Below, piece by piece: positions 31,387 through 41,710 of a stretch of DNA of 64,000 bases. The notes under the pieces were generated by a model. The model worked only from the letters and a program-made list of their open reading frames with translations. It searched no databases and was not told the DNA's origin. This stretch comes from an uncultured Phycisphaerales bacterium (GTDB taxonomy: Bacteria > Planctomycetota > Phycisphaerae > Tepidisphaerales > Tepidisphaeraceae): assembly GCA_963758525.1 (NCBI GenBank), contig CAVWVQ010000003.1:672001-736000 (forward strand), read 5' to 3'. The position numbers and the translations under genes were made by a program. Every line of letters begins with the position of its first letter. Within the stretch, counting starts at the first letter, position 1.

Positions 31387-34026
31387 ATGCGATTTCAAAT
31401 ATCCTTTGCGGCCGCGTTGCTGCTTGCCGCAACATCGTCGTTCGCCAGCGAGCAATCTCCGTTCGCCGATAAGACGGCGGCTTCCTACTCCTCCTACAAC
31501 GACGACAAAGGGCATCCCGTTGAAATTCCCTGGGGTGACCTGAAGGCGAATGACTTCGGATCGCGAAAGATCGAGTTTGATGTCACCGGCGTCCGTCCGC
31601 TGCACCAGATTCCTGCGCCAGGAGTGCATCCTCGCATCTTCTTCACGCCCGACGATCTGCCGGACATCCGCCGACGGCTCAAGGAAACCCAATGCGGCCA
31701 GGCCGTTTGGAAAAACATTCTCTGCTGGACGGAGATGATGAAGGGCAACTACGACGACAAGGCCCAGTACGCGCAACCCGATGTGTGGAAAGGATCCTTC
31801 GGCGGACTCCACGGGAGGGTGCCGCTGTTCAGACTCGGGGTGAACGGTTCGCACGGCTACAACCACAATCAGGCCGCCCGCGAGCGATACCAGAAGCTGA
31901 TCGCCGGCGACATGACACAGGAAGTCGGCTTCTACTGGAACGTTTTTGCTCTTGAAGCATTTCGCTGCCTGATTGAGAACGATCAGAATGGTGCGAAGGA
32001 TTTGGCCAAGGCCGTCGTCACGTCCATGAAGATCGATCAGGCGAAGCGCGCAGCCGATCCGAAAGTGAAGCGCGCAGGCGAACCTCCCGATCAACCCGTC
32101 GGTGCATTCCAGCTCGCATACGTCTACGACCTGATCAACCAATGGCTCACGCCCGAGCAGCATAAAGCCATTCACGATGAGCTGGCGCTGGGTTCCTGGC
32201 ATCACGACAACTACGGCACATTCAACGAGGCCACCGCGTCACGCAGCAACTGGGCGACGTTCTCCTACTGGCTGATCGAAGTGCTCAGCATCGAAGATGA
32301 ACCTGGTTTCAACGACCTCAAAGTCCGCGGCATGTACCGCGGCTGGCGCGACCTGCTCACCTATGGATGGTTTCAATCAGGAGCCACCTACGAGGGCGAA
32401 GCCAAAAACCAGCTTGGCATGGACGGCATCATCCCGTTCGCGATGCGCACCAAACGATATGGCTTTGAGAATTTATGCGGGCATCCATATTTGCGTGCAT
32501 ATGCCGACAAGTTTTTGCCGCAGAGCATCATTCCAACGCTCGATGGATTCGTGAAGTATGACCTGCTCGGCGGTTCGCGCACCAAGGCGGGAGGATTCAC
32601 CCCCTGCGATCTGGTCGGGCTCAAGTACATGTTCCCCCAGGACAAGACCATCGACTGGGTCTATCGCTGCACCGTCGGAGAGGACTACCACAATGTGCCT
32701 GACCGCTGCGATGGGTATTACAACGGGCTGCTGTTTTTCGCGATCTTCGCCAGCGACTATGACGCGTCCAACAACAACCCCGCCAAACTCGATCTGGGCA
32801 ACACGTTCTTCTGCGGCGAACGTTCACTGATGATGACCCGCAGCGGATGGGACAGCAAAGACGCGCTGATGCTCAACTTGCACGTCCGCCAGGCCAACGG
32901 CGGTCATCCCTACGCCGATCGCAATTCCATCATGCTGACCGGCGCCGGTCGGGTGTGGTCGCCAATTGAAGGCTCGCGGGCTTTCGAGAATTTCAAGAAC
33001 AGCGTCATCGTCATTGACGGCAAGCCGCAGGAAGTTTCGGTTCCCGGGAGGATGGTCGATTTTCAGGATTCTCCGATGGCGACCTTCGCGGTGGGCGACG
33101 CCAAGTATTGCTGGGACTGGAATTGGAGAGTGCTGAACAAGCGGCATGGTTACTACACCGTTGCCGATGTGACCGCCAACCGCGTCGAGATTCCGCCCGG
33201 ATGGCAACCTGAAACGCACACCACCAACGATTTCGCCTATCTCAAGCTTCCGTACGCGTATCTGAATGTGCCGTTTTTCCAGCGCCCGGACTGGATTCTC
33301 CCGGCCGGCGCCATCTCGCCAGTGGTGCGGCAGCCTAATTATCCGGTGCGACGCGCATTTCGCACCGCCGGCATCATCCGCGGGCCGCACCCCTACGCGC
33401 TGGTGGTGGACGATTACCAGCGCGACGACAGCCCGGCCCATTATGACTGGAATCTGACGCTGGAGCCGGACATCCAGATCATAAGCATGAAGAAAACCGG
33501 CGAGCGCGAGATGGACATTCTCTTGAGCGGATCCAATCCCGATCAAAATCAGCCGCCGGCGAAAGAGCCGCTTCCCGCGAAGGCAGCCTCCGATGCAATC
33601 CCTGCCGGGCAGCCGGTGCTTCTGGTGCGTGTCCTGAACCGCAACGACCAGAAAGATGCCGATCCGACCATCGCCGACGTTTCGACGGATCCCAAGACAA
33701 AAGACGGCGCGGTGCGACGGCTGGTCATTCCCGCCGATGCGGTTTCGCCGGATTTCAAGATATTGCTCTGCCCATATCGGCAGGGCGAGGCGGTTCCGCG
33801 AACCGCATGGGCGGACAGCCAGCATACGATGCTCAACGTGGCGCTTGGAGATGCGAAAGACACCATCACGTTCGCACCCGGCCGCTCTGGCAAGACCGAT
33901 CTCTCCATTGCGCGCGAAGAGGGCGGAAGGCAGACAGTCCTGCTCAACGTCAATCAGCCAATCGAGCCACTGAAGGACGATGCGCCAGGGCCAGCGCCGG
34001 CCGCACGCCAACCGAGGCAAAACTGA
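31387..34026 (+). CDS. Heparinase II/III-like secreted protein, paralogue 4 (879 aa)
   Basis: AGGAG RBS, signal peptide; PAPGVHPRIFF, SNWATF, IEDEPGFND, YEGEAK, GGHPYADRN, AFRTAGIIRGPHPY..VDD. Confidence 0.7.
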   Translation: MRFQISFAAALLLAATSSFASEQSPFADKTAASYSSYNDDKGHPVEIPWGDLKANDFGSRKIEFDVTGVRPLHQIPAPGVHPRIFFTPDDLPDIRRRLKETQCGQAVWKNILCWTEMMKGNYDDKAQYAQPDVWKGSFGGLHGRVPLFRLGVNGSHGYNHNQAARERYQKLIAGDMTQEVGFYWNVFALEAFRCLIENDQNGAKDLAKAVVTSMKIDQAKRAADPKVKRAGEPPDQPVGAFQLAYVYDLINQWLTPEQHKAIHDELALGSWHHDNYGTFNEATASRSNWATFSYWLIEVLSIEDEPGFNDLKVRGMYRGWRDLLTYGWFQSGATYEGEAKNQLGMDGIIPFAMRTKRYGFENLCGHPYLRAYADKFLPQSIIPTLDGFVKYDLLGGSRTKAGGFTPCDLVGLKYMFPQDKTIDWVYRCTVGEDYHNVPDRCDGYYNGLLFFAIFASDYDASNNNPAKLDLGNTFFCGERSLMMTRSGWDSKDALMLNLHVRQANGGHPYADRNSIMLTGAGRVWSPIEGSRAFENFKNSVIVIDGKPQEVSVPGRMVDFQDSPMATFAVGDAKYCWDWNWRVLNKRHGYYTVADVTANRVEIPPGWQPETHTTNDFAYLKLPYAYLNVPFFQRPDWILPAGAISPVVRQPNYPVRRAFRTAGIIRGPHPYALVVDDYQRDDSPAHYDWNLTLEPDIQIISMKKTGEREMDILLSGSNPDQNQPPAKEPLPAKAASDAIPAGQPVLLVRVLNRNDQKDADPTIADVSTDPKTKDGAVRRLVIPADAVSPDFKILLCPYRQGEAVPRTAWADSQHTMLNVALGDAKDTITFAPGRSGKTDLSIAREEGGRQTVLLNVNQPIEPLKDDAPGPAPAARQPRQN

Positions 34027-34121
34027 CGGCGGCGAACTCCTGCCCCGTTCCCGGTGCTCCGGATTGAGGCAGGTCTTTGCGGTCTCGGCGTGCTCCGGCT
34101 TCCGATGGTTTGCTTGGTAGA

Positions 34122-34595
34122 ATGGCAGGGATGGACGGCATCATCCATCGGCGGGCCACAGCAGCGGATATCTCAGCGATGATCGAGTTGCGCGCTGCTT
34201 TTCTGGCTGAGATCACGGGATCCGATCCCAACGAACCAGCGTTGCTTGACGCTCTCGAGCGGTATTTCACATCGACGATTCCCTCCGGCAAATTCATCGC
34301 GATGTTGAGCGTCGCCGAGGACCGAGTGATTGCCACCAGCGGGCTGGTGATCCATCGGCATCCTCCATCTGCGAGGAATCTGGAAGGGATCAGCGCGCAC
34401 GTGATGAATATGTACACTTTGCCCGGTTGGCGCGGCCGGGGGATTGCCTCAACATTGCTGCTAGAATTGCTCAAGGCGGCTCGCGAATACGGATGCGCTC
34501 GCGTGAGCCTCCATACGCTTCCAGCGTCGGCCCCGATCTATCTCCGGGCAGGATTTGTTTCGGCTGACGACGAAATGACGCTCGAGTTGTTGTGA
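34122..34595 (+). CDS. GNAT family N-acetyltransferase
   Basis: RRATAAD, VMNMYTLPGWRGRGIASTLL (acetyl-CoA motif A), IYLRAGF. Confidence 0.88.
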   Translation: MAGMDGIIHRRATAADISAMIELRAAFLAEITGSDPNEPALLDALERYFTSTIPSGKFIAMLSVAEDRVIATSGLVIHRHPPSARNLEGISAHVMNMYTLPGWRGRGIASTLLLELLKAAREYGCARVSLHTLPASAPIYLRAGFVSADDEMTLELL

Positions 34596-34605
34596 AGGAG
34601 GTTTT

Positions 34606-35148
34606 GTGCTGAGAATCTGTGGCTTGTTCCTCGTCTGCATGTCCGCCGTCGGCTGTTCAGTTCTTAACGTGCAGAAGCCGACCGCGGCGGTCACGGGAAT
34701 GGCCGTTCGGGATGTCAACGCCGACGGCTTCACCCTGAATTTCGGCGTGGACGTGAAGAATCCAAATGCGATCGAACTTCCGCTGGGGGACGCCGACTAC
34801 AAGGTCGGGCTCGGGGGGACCAATGTCGTCAGCGGAAATCCGAAGTTCGAGGGCTCACTCCCGGCGAACGGCTCAAGAGGCGTGACGCTGCCGGTATCGA
34901 TGACGTACGAAAATCTGCTCGCCGCCGAACAGAGCATCGTGAAAAGCGGCGGGAATGTTCCCTACTCGCTCGATGGCGGCCTTTCGTTCAACACGGGAAG
35001 TCCGCTGCTGGGGACTGTGCGCGTCCCGCTTCAGTACAGCGGGACATTGCCTCTGAAAGAAATTTTGAGCAACCCCCAGGCAATCATGCACAACCCCGCT
35101 GCACAAAAGCTGGCGCGACAACTGATTGGCGGCTTTTTCACCCACTGA
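34606..35148 (+). CDS. LEA type 2 / WHy-domain lipoprotein
   Basis: AGGAGG RBS, lipobox-like SAVG-C, V.NPNAIELP motif, beta-strand-rich body. Confidence 0.82.
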   Translation: MLRICGLFLVCMSAVGCSVLNVQKPTAAVTGMAVRDVNADGFTLNFGVDVKNPNAIELPLGDADYKVGLGGTNVVSGNPKFEGSLPANGSRGVTLPVSMTYENLLAAEQSIVKSGGNVPYSLDGGLSFNTGSPLLGTVRVPLQYSGTLPLKEILSNPQAIMHNPAAQKLARQLIGGFFTH

Positions 35149-35152
35149 TCGA

Positions 35153-37285
35153 CTATGGCTTCTGCACGAGCAACTCAATCTTCACCGCGCCGCTCGCGGG
35201 GTCGTCAGGTTGTCCGCCGCCGATGGAGAGGATGAACTTTCCCGGCTCGACGAACGGCTTCCCATTGTCGTCGTAAGCCGCCAGTTGATCCGGCTGAAGG
35301 GTAAAGGTCACTCGCCGCGTTTCGCCCGCAGCCAGATGAACGCGGGCGAATCCTTGCAGCTGCAGCCGCGGGGTTGGCACGGACGATTCCTCATCGCTCA
35401 CATACAGTTGGACCACTTCGTCGCCGCCCAATCGGCCGATGTTGGTGACATCGACGCCCACCTCAACCGACTGATCCGGCAAAATCCGCGCGGCGGTCAA
35501 GCGCGGATTTGAATACCTGAAGTTTGTAAAGCTCAGCCCATATCCGAAGCGATAGAGCGGCGTCTCCTTCATGAATCGATAGGTTCGGCCGGTCACGTTG
35601 TAATCGTCGAATGCGGGGACCTGATCGAGCGAGCGAACGAATGTGACGGGCAGCCGCCCGGCGGGGTTGTAATCTCCAAACAGCACGTCGGCGACGGCGC
35701 GGCCGCCAAGCTCTCCGGGATACCAGCACATGAGAACCGACGGGATATTGGCCGCGGCCCAATTCAGCTCGATTGGGCTGCCGCCGGTGAGAACGAGGAC
35801 GACGGGTTTGCCGGTGGCGTGGAGTTTCTGCAGCAGCTCGAGCTGCCGGCCGGGAAGCCCGATGTGCATGCGGTCGCCGCCACCCGCCGCCTGGGCCTCT
35901 CCCATGGCTTCGGCTTCCTCCCCTTCCAGCGCGGGCGTGTAGCCGAGGCAGGCGATGATGACATCGGAGTCTGCGACGGTCCAATCGATCTCCATCTTGT
36001 TCACCGGCGCGTTGCCGGACACATCGCAGCCGCGGGCAACGCTCACCTGCGTGCCGATCGGCACGGCGTCGAGAATTCCCTGGAGGATTGTCGTCATCTG
36101 CGGCGCAAAGCCGGTGTAATTGCCATGTAATACATCCAGCGAATACGCCGTCGGGCCGACGACGGCGATTGACTTGAGATTCTTGGGCAGCGGCAGCAAC
36201 TGCTTGTCATTTTTCAACAGCACGATTGATTCCCGCGCCACTTTCAGCGCCAGCTCGCGGTGGGCCGTGCAGTTCACCACCTCGGGCGGAATTGATGCGT
36301 ACGGCACCTGCCCGGGCGGGTCGAACATGCCAAGACGCATGCGCGCGGTCATCAGTCTCTCGGCCGCGAGGTCGATCACTTCCTCGCTGATCAACCCCGC
36401 CCGCACCGCGGCGCGCAGATGCGGGTAGGTAACGCCGCAGTTCAGCTCGCAGCCGTTCTTCACGGCCATCGCCGCAGATTCGGCGGCGGTGCTGGTCACC
36501 TTGTGAGCGAGATGAAAATCGCAGATCCCGCCGCAATCGGAGACCACAAATCCATCGAATCCCCATTCATCGCGGAGAATGTTCTGCAAAAGCGTCGGAC
36601 TCCCGCAACAGGGCTCGCCGTTGACGCGGTTATAAGCGCCCATGATGGAGGCGGCCTTTCCCTCGATCACGCAAGCCTTGAACGCAGGGAGATAGGTTTC
36701 GCGCAGATCGCGCTGACTGACAATCGCGTTGAACGAATGCCGTTCCGGCTCGGGGCCGCTGTGTACCGCGTAATGTTTTGGCGTGGCAACCAGCTTCAGA
36801 TATTTCGGATGATCTCCCTGCAGACCCTGCACAAACGCGACTCCGATACGGCTGGTGAGATAGGGATCTTCCCCGTACGTTTCCTGCCCGCGTCCCCAGC
36901 GGGGATCGCGAAAGATATTGATGTTGGGCGTCCAGTACGTGAGCCCGAAATATTGGCCGTGATAGTCCTGCGCGAGTGCCGCATGGTGCTTGGCCCGGGC
37001 CTCATCGGAAATTGCCTCGGCAGTGCGATGAATCAGCGGCGCGTCAAACGTCGCGGCCATGCCGATGGCTTGCGGAAAGACCGTCGCCTTGCCGGCGCGG
37101 GCCACGCCGTGCAGGCATTCGTTCCACCAGTTGTATTCCGGCAGTCCAATGCGCGGAATTGCCGGCGCATTGTGAATGAGCTGCGCGATTTTTTCTTCCA
37201 GCGACATCTTCGCGACAAGCTCGCGGGCGCGGCGCCGGAAGTCGCCAGTGTCGCCCGATGTCGAGACGGTTGGTTGCGGGTTCAT
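35153..37285 (-). CDS. GH3 beta-xylosidase/beta-glucosidase with Fn3-like C-terminus; no signal peptide
   Basis: MSLEEKI, WWNECLHGV, RDPRWGRGQETYGEDP, KHY, VVSDCG, SIVLLKN, PAGRLPVTF, FGYGLS, EVVQLY. Confidence 0.93.
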   Translation of the reverse strand: MNPQPTVSTSGDTGDFRRRARELVAKMSLEEKIAQLIHNAPAIPRIGLPEYNWWNECLHGVARAGKATVFPQAIGMAATFDAPLIHRTAEAISDEARAKHHAALAQDYHGQYFGLTYWTPNINIFRDPRWGRGQETYGEDPYLTSRIGVAFVQGLQGDHPKYLKLVATPKHYAVHSGPEPERHSFNAIVSQRDLRETYLPAFKACVIEGKAASIMGAYNRVNGEPCCGSPTLLQNILRDEWGFDGFVVSDCGGICDFHLAHKVTSTAAESAAMAVKNGCELNCGVTYPHLRAAVRAGLISEEVIDLAAERLMTARMRLGMFDPPGQVPYASIPPEVVNCTAHRELALKVARESIVLLKNDKQLLPLPKNLKSIAVVGPTAYSLDVLHGNYTGFAPQMTTILQGILDAVPIGTQVSVARGCDVSGNAPVNKMEIDWTVADSDVIIACLGYTPALEGEEAEAMGEAQAAGGGDRMHIGLPGRQLELLQKLHATGKPVVLVLTGGSPIELNWAAANIPSVLMCWYPGELGGRAVADVLFGDYNPAGRLPVTFVRSLDQVPAFDDYNVTGRTYRFMKETPLYRFGYGLSFTNFRYSNPRLTAARILPDQSVEVGVDVTNIGRLGGDEVVQLYVSDEESSVPTPRLQLQGFARVHLAAGETRRVTFTLQPDQLAAYDDNGKPFVEPGKFILSIGGGQPDDPASGAVKIELLVQKP

Positions 37286-37324
37286 GAGTGAATTATTCCT
37301 CAGTCAAATGTGTCGGCGCGATCT

Positions 37325-37772
37325 GCCCCCTCTCCCGGAGTACCTGGGAGAGCAGGAGAGGGTCAGGTTCGTTCGCGCGACAGGCCTGTGGGACGTCCCC
37401 ATCCTTCCGGCATTGGAAACCCGCAGCGATCAAGATTTTCCCCTCCCCTGGTATCCGGGGAGTTCGTGAAGGTCGTCGACTACCCGGGATCAAAACATCC
37501 CTCCATCCGCATAACTCTACTACACCAGTAGGGGGGCCCCCTCTCCCGGAGTACCTGGGAGAGGGGGTCAGGTTCGTTGTCGCGCGACAGGCCTGTGGGA
37601 CGTCCCCATCCTTCCGGCATTGGAAACCCGCAGCGATCGGCATTTTCCCCCTCCCCTGGTACTCCGGGGGAGGGTTGCGGTGGGGGCTCGTCGACTGCCG
37701 CGGGATCTGCAAAACATCGCATTCTCCGTTCCGGCCCACCACCTCGTTCCTCCCCCCGAGTACGAGGGGAGG
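37325..37772. repeat. Cluster of CCCTCTCCC-family hairpins within an ~210-bp imperfect tandem duplication
   Basis: Units begin at 37325 and 37536 with GCCCCCTCTCCCGGAGTACCTGGGAGAG and share an identical 58-nt core (37374-37431 = 37581-37638). Confidence 0.85.
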
Positions 37773-37869
37773 AGGCAGGACATCGCCTCCCAGATTTTCG
37801 GGCACGCCCGGCCTGTCGCGCCGGTGTTTGCACTGCTTCACGTAATGAAAGTGATCGCACCCAACACAC

Positions 37870-40009
37870 CTACTTTCGATCCTCGACCTCATAACCCTGC
37901 GGCGATCGCGTCGTTCGCGTTCCAAATCGGTCGATCTCCTCATCCGTCGGCAGCTTCGTGCGATACTCGTCGAGGTAGAGACCAATCTTTTCCACCGGGA
38001 TGGGCACAAAGCCCGGAAGATCCTGCTGAATTTTGTTCTGCGGGTTCAGACGGAAATCAAGTTTGCCCATGTCCACAAAGCCTGGATCGCGGTCGTAAAC
38101 GATGTTCTTGCCCGCTCCGTAAGCCGGTGCCGCGACCTCTTTCCCATCCCGCACGGCTTTCCAGATCCAGGGAGTTTTGCACTCGACCGAAACGTTGTTT
38201 TCGATCTTTCCCCGGCCGGTCTGGGCGCTGACGAACTGAAAGCCAACGTTGCAATTGATTGCGATGTTGTTGTAGCACTCAATGCTCTGCGGGTTCTTCG
38301 CCTGCGATCCGATCTTGTAGAGAAAGCCGGTGCCGCGGCGGTTGGGGATGCTTTTGAGCGCGGCGATATTGCCATAGATGTGCATGTCGCGGTGATCGTG
38401 GTCGAAATAGATGCCGTCGCCGTCATCGGTGTCGTGCATCAGGTTGTAGCGGATGGTTTGATTCCCATCGAGTTGATACGTGTCGTAACAATAGAATGCC
38501 CCAAGATCATTGGAAACCGTGCAGTAGCGGAAGGTTTCGTTGTACTCGAAGATGCTGTCCCAACTGCCGAACAGAACCGCGCCGTGCGGCGTGTCGTGGA
38601 TCAGGTTGTGGGCGACGAGCATTCCGACGGCAGGATGATGCCCGCCTCCACCGCCGCCGGTGAATCCGCAATTGACGCCGGGGGTGTACACCCGCTCAAT
38701 TTCCGAGAAGCGATAAATGTGGTTGTTGATGACTTGGTGGCCGGCGGGGACGCGCGGCGTTCTGAGCTCATCGCCCCCGCCGAGCCAGACGCCGCCGGCG
38801 CCTAGGTCATACAGATCGCAACTCTGCACCAGGTGGCGCGTCCCGCCGTTCAGGACGATGCCGTACTTGTCCACATTATGAACGGTGCAACCAGCGATGA
38901 GATTGTCGTCGCCTCCCTTGACCGTGATTCCCTCGTTGAGAGACCCTTCGAGGGTGAGTCCGCGAAGAACCACGTGCGACGCGTTGGACAGTTGAATGAT
39001 CGGCCCGTCGGAATCGGCCAGAAGAATCTCGCCGCTGGTGAGCGGCGCCGGCGGATAGAAGTACAACTTCTGGTCCTGGAAATCGACGCACCATTCGCCT
39101 GGCTCATCGACTTCCTCGAGCAGGTTGAGCAGCCAGTATTCCTCCTGCCCGTTTCCCTCCGGGCGGTGATATTTATTTCCGATGCCGCCCGGAACAGGCG
39201 CTGATGAATGTCGCGGTGCGGCTTTGAGTATCGATTGCCTTGAGACGAAGCGCTTCATTCTGCCATACAACGCGCCAATACCCTTTCAGCCATACGCCGC
39301 GATCCAGGTCATTCTTCCAGTTTTGAAAATGGCTGGCGTCGCCCTCGCGGTATTGGAAGACTCCGCCGTCATGCTTTCCCGGCCCCCCGTTTTTCACCAC
39401 CCGCTGCATGGTCATGAAACCTTCGTTGGGATAGCGGGAAAGATTCATCCGCTGGCCGGCGAAGAACAGATCGACAATCCCGCCGGCGTCGGTGAAAAGG
39501 TCGGGGAATGCGTGGGAGTGCCGGACGCCCAGCTTTTTCAGGTCCAGCTCTACGATCCTCCCGCGAGCTGGAGGGGCGATGCGTCTCAACGTCTGCGCGT
39601 CCATCACCGGTAGAAAGTCCGCTGCTTTGAGGCGGCGGGCGCCAAGCAGTCGCGCGATCTGGCCAGGCATGGGACGGTACATGACGGGAGAGCCTGCCGC
39701 ACCGGAATCCTGGGCCGAGAGCTCGAATGGCGCGGTCAGCTCGTAAACGCCCGGCTCCAGCCAGACGGTAACGCCCCCGGCGACGCTTCCGACCGACTTC
39801 CATTTTCGAATCGTGTCCCGTGCCGCTTGAAGCGTAGCCAGAGGTTGCGCCTGAGTACCGTTATTGACGTCGCTGCCAGTTGGGGAAACGAACAGGTCGC
39901 GATCACTTGCGGCGTCAGCGATGCGCGGCAAAAAGAACAGCGTTGCCGCGGCGACCGTCAGCCAAATGCCAATCGCATACCTTCGGAATTCCCGCATCAA
40001 TCGTCTCAT
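37870..40009 (-). CDS. Secreted right-handed parallel beta-helix protein (GH141-like architecture); one frameshift at ~39207
   Basis: Signal peptide, FVSPTGSD.N.GT..QPLATL..ARD, SRYPNEG, NLLEEVDEPGEW, repeated N.IHD/G...G beta-helix turns, DPGFVD....DFRL. Confidence 0.8.
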
Positions 40010-40055
40010 CGGCGCGGCCCAGGATACGGTTTTGCATCGGCTGCGAGTCGGCGCT

Positions 40056-41453
40056 CTACCACTGCTCCCATCGATCGCTTTGCGTATCGGTCGGCCGCGC
40101 TTCGTTGTGCCACGGGAGAGCAATCGCGCGCACGTTTCGCAGTCGGGCACGGACTCCGTCCGGCGGAACATAGGCTTCCCAATCGGATACCGTGACATTC
40201 GAAACGTCGTCCATTGCCAGAGAAGGCCGGGCCTCGTTACCGACGGCCTCCAGCCGAATGTGCCGAAAATTGAGGTTCCGCGTATGGCGAACATAGAAGC
40301 CGTACGCCGGCAAAGGCGTAAAGATGGTGAACTCCGGGTAATGGTCTCCCAATTCCGGCACCTCCAACCCGTTCGCTTCCTCAGGCGTGCCGCCGCCGGG
40401 ATAGGTCAGATGCACGTCCTCTATGCTAAGTCCATCGATCGGTTGTTCCGGCACGCCGGTGATGCAGATGCCCGCCCGCCGGGTCTTGCCCCAGAGCGGA
40501 AATCCTTCTTCCCACACCTGGGCGCGGATGCCGCGGAGCGTCATGTTCCGAATACTCCCCACGCTTTTGGGCGGCGCGCCACGATACGAGCGCAGTCGAT
40601 TTCCGAGCCGGATGAAGATCGGACCGGAGACACGGTGCATGATCAAATTGGAGACCGACACATCTTCCATGCGCCCGCCATCGGTGGTGATGAGTTTAAG
40701 CCCCCCGCCGTGGGTGTCGTAGATGATGCAGTCCGTCAGAATGATGTTTTGAAAATCGCCAACGGATTCTGTTCCCAATTTCAATGCGGCCCAATCGCTT
40801 TTCAACAGGCAGTGGCTCACGATCACATTGCGGCAGGCTCCGCCGGTTGTGCTTTTGAGACAGATTGCGTCGTCGCCAGTGTCGATGTCGCAATCGCTGA
40901 TCCGCACATTCCGGCAGGCGTCGATGTCGATCCCGTCATTGTTCCCATTGACCCGGCTGCGGATGGTGACGCCGCGCACATGCACTCCATCGCATTCCAT
41001 GTAGTGGCTGACCCACGCGGCCGAATCGCGCAATGTCACATCCGTCACCGAAACATCGCGGCAGCCGATGAACCTCAGGAGAAAGGGCCGATCATCCTGA
41101 TCGCGCGGAAATGTTCCGCCCCGCCCATCGATCGTGCCGCGCCCGCTGATACTGACGCGCTCGGCATTGACCGCCGCGATGAGACACCTGCTGCGCCGCT
41201 GGCCGACGGCATCTGTAAAGCCGTCAATGGCTGCGGGATAGTCTTCCAGATGCGAACTCCCTTCCAGCACCGCGCCGCTCTCCAGGTGCAAATTGACGTT
41301 GCTGCGCAGATAGATTGTCCCGATCCGATACCGACCCGCGGGGATGGAAACAGTCCCGCCGCCCGACTCAGAACACGCATCAATGGCGGACTGCACGGCG
41401 TGGGTGCGCCGCTCACTCGACATAGCTGACGTTTGAATATCACTGATTGTCAT
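40056..41453 (-). CDS. GH28 family glycoside hydrolase (polygalacturonase-like); no signal peptide
   Basis: Q.AIDAC...GGGTV.IPAG.Y..G.I.LRSNV.L.LE.GA.L, NNDGID, GDDAICLKS, KLGTES, P.YGFY.RH. Confidence 0.88.
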   Translation of the reverse strand: MTISDIQTSAMSSERRTHAVQSAIDACSESGGGTVSIPAGRYRIGTIYLRSNVNLHLESGAVLEGSSHLEDYPAAIDGFTDAVGQRRSRCLIAAVNAERVSISGRGTIDGRGGTFPRDQDDRPFLLRFIGCRDVSVTDVTLRDSAAWVSHYMECDGVHVRGVTIRSRVNGNNDGIDIDACRNVRISDCDIDTGDDAICLKSTTGGACRNVIVSHCLLKSDWAALKLGTESVGDFQNIILTDCIIYDTHGGGLKLITTDGGRMEDVSVSNLIMHRVSGPIFIRLGNRLRSYRGAPPKSVGSIRNMTLRGIRAQVWEEGFPLWGKTRRAGICITGVPEQPIDGLSIEDVHLTYPGGGTPEEANGLEVPELGDHYPEFTIFTPLPAYGFYVRHTRNLNFRHIRLEAVGNEARPSLAMDDVSNVTVSDWEAYVPPDGVRARLRNVRAIALPWHNEARPTDTQSDRWEQW

Positions 41454-41710
41454 GAACTGAATGATCCCGAGAGTTTTCTGCACAGATTTATTGACTTAAC
41501 AGCTTGCAATTAAATCACTTACGTCATGCGACCCCGCAGTCGGCACGCATTGAGGCTCTTCGCGATTTTCGTTGCGTTTGGGCGACATTGTATGTAAATT
41601 ACGCTCAGAATTTACACCCAGTCAAGAGTCTGGTCAAAACTACGAGTTTCGAGTTTTTTAGACGCTTTATTCAACTGATATAACTCTTGCAGTAAAAAGC
41701 ACATAAGAAG
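41454..41710. promoter_or_regulatory. AT-rich divergent promoter region with palindromic operator candidate TGTAAATT-N8-AATTTACA (41593-41616)
   Basis: Lies between divergent GH28 and symporter genes; visibly AT-rich; perfect 8-bp inverted repeat. Confidence 0.55.

Noticed and set aside
37325..37772. Possible CRISPR array (repeat-spacer-repeat appearance)
   Set aside because: Intervening sequences are copies of each other, spacing is irregular, the repeats are the dispersed CCCTCTCCC family, and no cas genes are present.
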